NCBI RefSeq assembly: GCF_001194135.2
Contig: NC_068987.1
Coordinates: 27,593,580-27,657,579 of the forward strand
Reading direction: 5' to 3'
Length of the DNA: 64,000 bases
Origin: Octopus bimaculoides
Taxonomy: Eukaryota
Shown: positions 54,891 to 64,000 of the stretch, piece after piece
How positions within the stretch are numbered: the stretch's first letter is position 1
Layout of the letters: each line of letters starts with the position of its first letter
The notes under the pieces: model-generated
What the model saw: the letters and a program-made list of their open reading frames with translations, nothing else
Told to the model about the DNA's origin: nothing
Database searches by the model: none
Program-made: the position numbers and the translations under genes

Positions 54891-56439
54891 GTTGACTTTG
54901 ATTTACTATAGGAAAACGTTCAAATGGACAAATTACACTTACTGAAAGATTCATTTAGTAAGGTTCTCAGTTAGCAGCACCCTTGCCATTCATGCAGATA
55001 CCAACATAAATCCATATCATAAATTTAATTCTCCAAACCATAGCCGCAGACTGTACTATGTGGTAAAGAAATTTGTGTCGCCGTCACTACATTGGCTAAT
55101 CCTATGAATATGAAAACCTCCTGAGAGTGAAATCTGTTTAATAGAATCCTTGTGGAATTCTGTCACAGAGATTGTTCTGGTTTATTGGAGATAAACGTAA
55201 TCAGTCGCCTTAGTTTACAATACCATTTTTAGCGCAGTCTTCTCCCTTGTAAACTTTCCAGTGAGGTTTCTAGTACGAAGCGTAGTCCTATAGGCAACAC
55301 ATTCCCACTTGAAAGTCTGGACGTAAGCATAGAAATTAATACATGGGACATACAATGTGTAATTTCCATGTAAAAGATGAAGGAGGGTGATTGAGCAAAC
55401 TGCTTTTATAAAATAGTTAAACTTGTTCTGATTTACTCTATGCGCGATTATTATATTATATGGCGGTTAGCTCATTATATTTAGGCTGGTGAGAATGACA
55501 AACAATTATTTGCTACTCGGTACAGAATAAATACTTCCAGAAACTTATTTTTGCTGGTGATTTTTTCTTGCTGATGTTCATATTTCGGCTGAAAATAGAT
55601 ACAAATGCATACGTGCATAACGTACATAATATCTATATATACAAGTATAGTGGAAAACAGTTCTAGGTAATGTGTAGTCGAGTCTTTCCCAAAGTTCATG
55701 CATGCTATGAGAACTTATATGTATTGTGTCATACGTCTGCAAACTGAGGAAGACAAAACAACATGTGCAACAATGATACTAAAACTCGGTGTTATATTGA
55801 AATTATTTTATAGTTATGAAACAAGCATTTCGCTTCCAAAGATCAGTATACAGTAATACTGGTCAAATATTGAAATCTATGAACTGACAGTATTCTTTGG
55901 TGAAAAATATGTTACCATGTGTTATAAATGATATGATAATGATACCTGGTACTACATTATTCCAGCTTCTATTGTCAGGCATCTGTCGTTTAAAATATGT
56001 ATAAGCGAAAAATATTGATACCGATAGTATTTATGAATCATTGTTTGGATACATCTATATGTAATCTTTTGTTGATTTTAGAATAAAATTATGAGTACAG
56101 TAAAACAATCGCATACCGTATTAAAGGACATATATCGAGTTCGCATTTGTATGTTATGTCATATGAGCTCTCAATCTGCTGAACGTTGAAGAAGTTGTAG
56201 TATGTATTTGAGTTTATGAATGCATTTTTATACCTTCGAAAAACAAAATTGTATCGCTTCATGTGAAAGTTAGAAATAAGTGTGCTATTGAATAATTGTG
56301 GGTTTAACTGAACCACATGGTGACATACAGCATAATGCCAAATTTAATTATGCTCCTGTATGTTCTTAGTTCAAATCGCATTTATAAGAGATACTTCTTA
56401 TACCTTCTAGACAATGTAATTAACATTAGTTTTTGTTCT

Positions 56440-56570
56440 GTGTTCAAATTCTGCCTAGGTTGACTTGGCCTTTCATCCCTTTCTGGTTCTATAAACTAAG
56501 TGCCAGTAAGGTTGATGTAATAGACTTACCATCGTCCCTGCAATTGCTGGTCCCGTACCAAAATTATGAA
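56440..56570 (+). mobile_element. Family A SINE remnant
   Basis: gttcaaattctgcctaggttgacttggcctttcatccctt...aagtgccag. Confidence 0.7.
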
Positions 56571-59500
56571 TCAATATCAGTTTTACTTCAATATACTATA
56601 TTTTCCTCGTCTTTCTAGTATTGTATTTTGTGACCGCAAGAAATTTTTTTATTGAGTTCCTTTAATAAATTTCGATATTTTACTGACAAAAATTTCCCAA
56701 ATTTATTTTATGTGTTCCATTGTCTTCCAACATTTACATATTATTTCAGTAATTTTCTTTTTGAAAATAATGCACGTATTCTACATTTGGGAAACAGTCA
56801 GAGAGTTATAATTAAGGTATAATACCGATCCAGTACTTTTGTTACATGTCTTGTTTACATATTACATTGACAATCAATGGGTTAGTTTAAAGTTTAGAGT
56901 CAAACGTAAGTAGTTTTTGTTTTCAGACTAATCTTATAATTGACAATTTATATCTTAATAATATTACATCAAATAATGTGTCCAGTATTTTTAAAATTGT
57001 GCACCTGGTTGCATCCTCAATGATATTTTAAATAGTTATTGGTTGTTTCTGGTGTTTCAACAATCAGACAGAGCCATTCAAGCGACGAATTCAGGCCTTA
57101 TGAAGCCCCGGCTTGTGTCCAGTGAGTACTATATCATGTAGCACCACCTCTTCCAGTGCCGCTTAGATGTCTCTTCTCTCCATACACTAAGCACGTTCTT
57201 GACTATCGCTTAATAACAGTATAAAAAGATATTCTCGCGCTCATAACAAATTAATTCTGATGGGTGTTATATAAAACACCATCTTTTTACCAGACAAATG
57301 ACGATCATCATGAGAAGCTATCAAGAGACCAAATAATAAAAGGTAATGCTTCAAGGCTTAAAAGTCATGGCCTAACAACCATATCTCTCACGATGAAGTA
57401 TACTCCCTATTAGAAACGTCATCACTAAAACAGAAAAACGAGAAACAAGAAAAGGAATTCAATGCAAACTAACACCATAAGCTTGTAATTGAAATCTAAT
57501 TTCCCAAAAGTACATAAATATCTAGCAACCAATAGGGTGCTAGATTTTTAAAAACATTTAGACTTGAATAAAAACAGAACAGGACAGGTCTTATTTGAAG
57601 TTTTAAAGCTCTTAGATATGAGCATCGAGCAATATCAAGCAATTAACCATTTTTATACATGTTTTATGACGAAAATGATAAGTTTAATTTAGCTTGACTA
57701 AAAAGAACAGTACAAAGTTTAGAGATAAATTTAGTTATGACTTAACATGCTTAAGCTACAATATCATTAATAACTTTAAACAGTATGGAATGTAAGATCA
57801 CGTCGTGGACTAGATACGTATGCATCTAAATCGTTTATGTAAAGAGAAAATGCTTTTCAGAACATTTCCATGTCTTCGCCAAATAAAGAATTGGTGTGGT
57901 GCTCCTTCATAATCAACGTAGATACCATTGCGAACTAGGTGTTATATTTTACGATGCTAAATTTACTTGTCTCTATGTTTCACATTGCATTCAATATCAG
58001 ATTTTGTTCAATTACTACATAACATATACCAATATATATATTCAATACTTACACCATCACTATGAAAACCACACACAGCTGCGCGCGAGCACATACAAAT
58101 AGTCACATACATAAGTATATATATATATATATACATAGTAAATGCATACGAAAAGAGATTTCAATGGAAAGTTTGCATTACGAAATATGAAGTGTTTATT
58201 AGTTCCTTATATTTCGGGCAAAATACTTTTCCGCAGACGAAATTATTTAAATAAATATTAGTTGAAAATAACTTTACTGATTCGTCTCTGTCACCGTTGA
58301 TAGTCCAGGCAATAGCACCGCAATTAGTAAAAGCAGCAGCAGCAGTAATAGTGATAGCAGTTTTGTAGCAGCGGTAAAAACATTAGTATGAATAGTATTG
58401 GCAGTTATAGTCGCGCTACTGACTGTAGCAGTTTTAACAGCAGCATTTCAAAACCGGTAAAGGTAATGATTATTGCAGTAGTAGTAGCAGCATCGTTAAA
58501 AGCAGAAGTACTTATATTAGCCTTTGACCTCACATTGATAAACTGCTGACGGTCGGCATGTGCTATATAATATACTGCTTTCGATATAAGAACAAACTAC
58601 TGCATTCCACATGTACGCTCTCCAACAAACACATGTGTGATAATGATGTATGCCATCATACCTATGTCATATACGAAGTACAGTGTACCAAACTCAGCAA
58701 AAACTTCTACATCTGCAGTCTTACTCGCCTATCGGCAGTCAATCAGAATAAGCCCAATGGTTAATATAGCCTGGCTACTACTGTTATTGCTCGTACTATT
58801 ATTACTATTGATACTGTCACGGTCACTGCTAATACAAATACTGAAACTACAGTACTACTACTATTTAATGCCATCACTGCTGCTGCATCTACGGCTGTCG
58901 TTACAATATTTGCTACATTTAGTGTTAGTATAACCAATACGGTTGCCACTTCTCCTGCAGCTGCTGCATCATCAAGTTTACTAATTCTGTCGGTACTATC
59001 ATTATAACAACAGATGATGCATCAATGAAGTTTCTTTAACTGTGTTCCTCTATGAAAGAGTACTTTGTCCGAAATATAAAGGATTCATAAGTTATACGAT
59101 CTGTCACATTGTGTGAAGCTTTCCATTAGAAAACAAAAATTATTCGATATTTTTAAATACTTCAAGCAAACAGCCACATCAGGGAGACTGTAATATATAT
59201 ATATATATANNNNNNNNNNNNNNNNNNNNNNNNNNNNNNNNNNNNNNNNNNNNNNNNNNNNNNNNNNNNNNNNNNNNNNNNNNNNNNNNNNNNNNNNNNN
59301 NNNNNNNNNNNNNNNNNNNNNNNNNNNNNNNNNNNNNNNNNNNNNNNNNNNNNNNNNNNNNNNNNNNNNNNNNNNNNNNNNNNNNNNNNNNNNNNNNNNN
59401 NNNNNNNNNGAAATAAACAAGTATTGTTTATTTTGTATGAGAATAATTTAATGTAACTATTTCATTAATCAATAAGTAAATTAACTATTCCATGAAGAAA

Positions 59501-62039
59501 AACGAGAATATGTTGAGAAACGTCTTTAACGAAAAGGAGTTTAATTGCTTTCATGCAGTCCAGATTATGTCTTTTTATCCGTTAACTGAAGAATATTATT
59601 AATGTTTAGTGTTTACTGTGTTTAATATGTTTTAGCTAAGTGTTGTCATGTCTATTAAGAGTAGTCGAATGAGATAGGCTAAAGTGCATCGTATTACATA
59701 TGGCTGGCAATTTAGCCATAAGAGATGATGCTTCTAAGAATTATACCGACACCGCCTAATTACCTACCTTTTAGAATATCCCTAGTGTATGCCGAAAATC
59801 TGATGAGATGAATGCGCTTGAAGACCCTATATTTTGATCCTGAGTTGACACCCACTACCTCGGGACGCTATAACTTAAATCTTCATTTGAAGCTGACGCC
59901 CGCTAGATAGAATAGAGTAGCCTAGCCGATACGAAATTCTGTAAGTACAGTAAAACGTTCTGTGTTAGACTTAAAACTGTTATTAGAATCTTTAAACTCT
60001 CTGAAATTAATTCATAAGTGAACCGAAAAAAAAAAACTAATATAGTTAAAATAAAAGGCACAAAACCAGCAAGCCTTATGTATGACTTGAACAAAAGCTG
60101 TACACCACACAGCATTAAGCTGAGCAGCGTAAAGAAAACTAGGCCACATCTGAGGTCAAACAACATCAGGCAGTTTATAGCCGAAAAATCACACGTCATA
60201 ATTAAATCGCAGAACTGTGTTATTCTTTGAAACCCAATATCTGAGATCTTTACAATTTCTATGCATCTCACAAGTTTCTGTTATCTAATTAAAGGATGAC
60301 ACTTCACACGATTACATACTATTTAACACACTTTGTCCGTTCCCCATTCGGTTATTCTCACAACACATTGTATTTTAGATGACAACACGTAGTTAAAACG
60401 ATAAATTTCAGTAATAAAATACATTCTTTATTTAACGATGAAAAGGATGTAACCTAGATTACATAAATGGAACTATTCTCATTTCCCGTTGAACGCATCT
60501 CTCAGTTTGTTTTTCCGGAATTTCTTTACAGCGTAGACATTTTAGATGAGCTTGAATAATTGTGGGATAGTGCATGGTACAGCACACAAACCTACCCGAT
60601 ACCCATTACTATATTTACTAAAGGATATGATGTGTGTATGTCACTATATAACCTTTGAAAAGGGATATGGCAATTTCATCTGTACGTCTAACATGGTGAT
60701 TAGAAGACATATCTTAAATAATTATGTATATGTGTGTATTTGTAAATAGGACATTTATATAAAAATATATATATATCGTACTTTATTTTGCGCGCGTATC
60801 ATATCCATGTATATTTTATTTTCGTAATTCAAGGAATTTAATGTCTGCCAATGCGATTACAAAATACATAATACTTCCCGCTTAAAGTTTATTTATAAAA
60901 AGTAAACATAAGTATTATACATTTGCTCTTTAAATTTTCAGGAAGTATTCATGCCGGTTAATATGGAAGATATTAGAAAGCGTCTATTGTTAGTTGTTCA
61001 CGCAATCAATTTAGTTTTCGAGTAGATAGATTAATCTGTTTGATATATTTAATTACTTCGACCGTATTAAGTCTTGCTAAAGTTTAACAGCTCACAGTTT
61101 AAATCTTGAGACTAAACAGACAGTAGGAATATAAATGACGTTAGTTTTCGTCCGAATTCGTAAATTTGGTCTTGTGTTCAAGAGATGTCTGAACGTTTGA
61201 CATAAGGAATATTAATGTTGGATTAACGGACACAAAGTTACTTACAGTCCAACTAGATTTTCTTTCTTAACCAGCTGCATGTTTACGATGATAGACCTTT
61301 TCGACACTCTTCCAGGAATCAATGAATGCAGCTGACCTTATTGATTAATATAAACGCGCATCGGTATTAATCTGTCATCAACATTATACTTGTATGGAGC
61401 TGAAGTCAACCGTACTTCTCCAATCTGTACAATAACTCAGAAGTGTACAGTTAATACTATCTACACCATAAAATATTAAATAAATATTCTCCACTAAAAT
61501 TTTACTGAGTTATGTTTCTAATGCATATAAGAAGGTGAGCTAGCAGAATCGTTAGCACGCAGGGCAAAATGCGTAGCTGCATTTCTTCCATTTTTACGTA
61601 TTGTGTTCAAATGCCGTCATAACGTGGCAGTATTGATGAAATAGTACCATGTTCTCACTTAAATCTCCATTTAAAGCGGATGCCCTTGGGATAATAGCCA
61701 ACATGAAATTCCGTAAGCACCGGGTCGAGGTAATGGACCTCCCAGCGAACTTGCTGGCCTTGTACTAAACTTTTTAAGCAATATACACGCATGCTGTCAT
61801 AACGAAGCCAAATATCTGGTCGGAGGGGTTGACCAAACTGAATCCACCACAGTATGATGTAGGGCAAAGTTTATTAGACTTCTTTTAAAATTAAATATGT
61901 ATAGATCCGAAAGAAATAACACAAGGCCACTTTACTGATCCATTGTTCTGGTTATATAATAAATAATTCTTTTTAGTTTGAGAACAAGACCAACAATTTT
62001 AAGCAGAAGAGGTAAGTTGGTAATATCCAACTAAGTGCT

Positions 62040-62185
62040 CAACAAGTAAGAATTTTACTGATTCTGAGCGGACAAAAGGCAATGTCGACCTCGGCGGAAT
62101 TCGACCATGTAATGTAAAAGTGGAAGAAATGTCGCTAAACATTACATTCGGTTGATATCGATTTTGACAGCTGACCGCCCCATAT
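62040..62185 (-). mobile_element. Family A SINE remnant
   Basis: aaaaggcaatgtcgacctcggcggaattcga is the reverse complement of the family A B-box/central region. Confidence 0.65.
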
Positions 62186-62420
62186 ATAGTAAATAATAAC
62201 AGGTACTGTAATTAACCAATGTCTTTCATTGTGATATTAAATTCAACGTAGAAATGTGTAAATACTCACATATATATATATATAGTATATATATAGTATC
62301 AAGGTGAAGATGAATATGTCGTCAAACAAGGTCATACCTCATCACATAGGACATTTAACCATTTTATATCTAATGTGTATCCGCTTGATTTGATGGTGTT
62401 CATGATCGTTAACAGAATAA

Positions 62421-63432
62421 TTATGGAGCTTGAAATTTAATATGTATGGAGAAATTGCAGAGACGCAACAAAACTATTTAGTAAATGTTACTAAAAAATA
62501 TCGTAACAAATAGTTTCCTTTTGGTGGTAATTTCAATGAGCCATATATGTATATAGCATTTTTTAATGCTATGGATAACTACTAGTTTACATTTTCTTTC
62601 CGTAGAAAATAGTTGAATTTCACATTAACTTTTCTCCGACCTGAAACTATTAATGAATTCCTTTAAGAATTATCAAGATGTGATCGGTCAGCTAATGTTC
62701 TGTCAGATATTTTAAATATTTTCAGATATCGCTGATTCGCATAGAGTTATAGATAAGCCAAACGGAGAATCTCAATGCAATTGATCGAACTAGTCAAATC
62801 ATCTTCAAAGCGCTGGCTAACACGTACACAATGAATTCGATGGATAATTTAGTCCTAGAATTATTTCACTGAGGAAACAAATAGGAAAAGAATATCAGCG
62901 GCGTCAATACGGGAATTATTTGACAATTGGTCTGCTCTAGCGATACTCACCTGTGCCTAAAATACAATGACATAACGGATGAAGAACCAGTTATGATATC
63001 TTTGCGATATAGTTCCATTTGATATAAATATGCCCAAATATCCAATAACTTACACATAGTCCTCTTGAATATGATAAGGCAATTTTCCTACAACATAGAC
63101 ACAGTACACAACGACTAGATCTGAGCTGCTAAACTAACAACAGCAACAAAATAACTGTGAATGTATTGAATGGTGTACGCTCTGTTAAGTTCTATATATA
63201 ACTGTAATATCATGCTTCGTTATAATTCTAAATATTCTTCGACTCTAAAGTACTGGACATAGTTTATAGTGTGTATTATTTAGCAAGAAGTTTTAGAAGA
63301 TACGTTTTGAGTGCTTGTAATATTTAATTCTATCCATTTATGGAGCTTGAAATTTACTACGTATGGGGAAATTGCAGAGACGCAACAAAACTATTTAGTA
63401 AATGTTACTAAAAACATCATAACAAATAGTTT
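62421..63432. repeat. ~96-bp direct repeat pair (62421-62516 and 63338-63432)
   Basis: ttatggagcttgaaattta...gcagagacgcaacaaaactatttagtaaatgttactaaaaa...aacaaatagttt occurs twice with only a handful of differences. Confidence 0.92.
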
Positions 63433-64000
63433 TTAATGATTTTAAATGAAATTTGCATCTTTGTGTAAAGAGTTTCAATATTCAGTGGGGGAAAACTTGA
63501 CCGCTTCACTAAATATATGTATGTATGCATGTATGTATGTATGTATTCATGTATGTATGTATGTGTAACTTTGTTCAGATTTATTTCAATATTTCTTACC
63601 AATGAAGAAAGGGATGTGTGTATGTACGTATGTATGTATGCCTAAATGTAATAGTGAGCTTTTTTCTTATATCAGCCCAATAATTCATAGAAAAACTAAA
63701 TATTGGTATACACCAATGAATCATTCAAATTATTTCTTATTTAATTATTTAAGGTTTTATTTGTTGGAATTTATGTTTTAACAAATTGTCTCTAAATGAA
63801 TACGCAAGATTATATAACACAAAGCTAAAACCACGTCACCTGAGTTAACATATAATGTCTAAGGAATTGTACAAAAATCGCAAGAGCTCTACAATTTTAG
63901 TAATAATAAATTGCTGATCAAAATGAAAAGTTAATTTGTACTACCGGAGGGAAATATGATGATATTCAAACTTCGGTAAACAATTCAGCAAATATAGTTC

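Noticed and set aside
61655-61867. Minus-strand ORF with W...C...Q...DPVLT spacing resembling the missing upstream CA10 exon
   Set aside because: It lacks the G-x-x-Q-S-P-x-N-I core and has no splice sites in the required phases. The plus strand looks more like a decayed RT fragment (PSELAGLVLNFLS), which I also could not support well enough to list.

Overview
AT-rich, repeat-dense eukaryotic genomic DNA with ten assembly gaps, nearly all at microsatellites. The SINE families look like those of octopus or other cephalopods; this taxon call is an inference from memory. The only supportable host gene is on the minus strand: two internal coding exons (27603-27794 and 14025-14120, both phase 0-0, with AG/GT splice sites) that are missed or only partly shown by the ORF track. 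They splice in frame into the core of an alpha-carbonic-anhydrase-related protein (CA10/CA11-like CARP) in which all three zinc-binding histidines are replaced (K94, R96, Q119, CA2 numbering). No other exon was found, so the whole window is probably intronic to a gene larger than the window. The introns contain a decayed R4/Dong-type LINE ending in (CATA)n and split by a full-length mariner with a TA duplication, three more mariner relics (one folded back on itself), a decayed HERO-like LINE, many tRNA-derived SINEs, an unclassified element embedded in (ATT)n, and an unclassified ~890-bp palindrome between (TA)n tracts. No rRNA, true tRNA or CRISPR array was seen. I did not find a convincing new biological system; the best leads are the zinc-free CARP and the unclassified microsatellite-associated elements.
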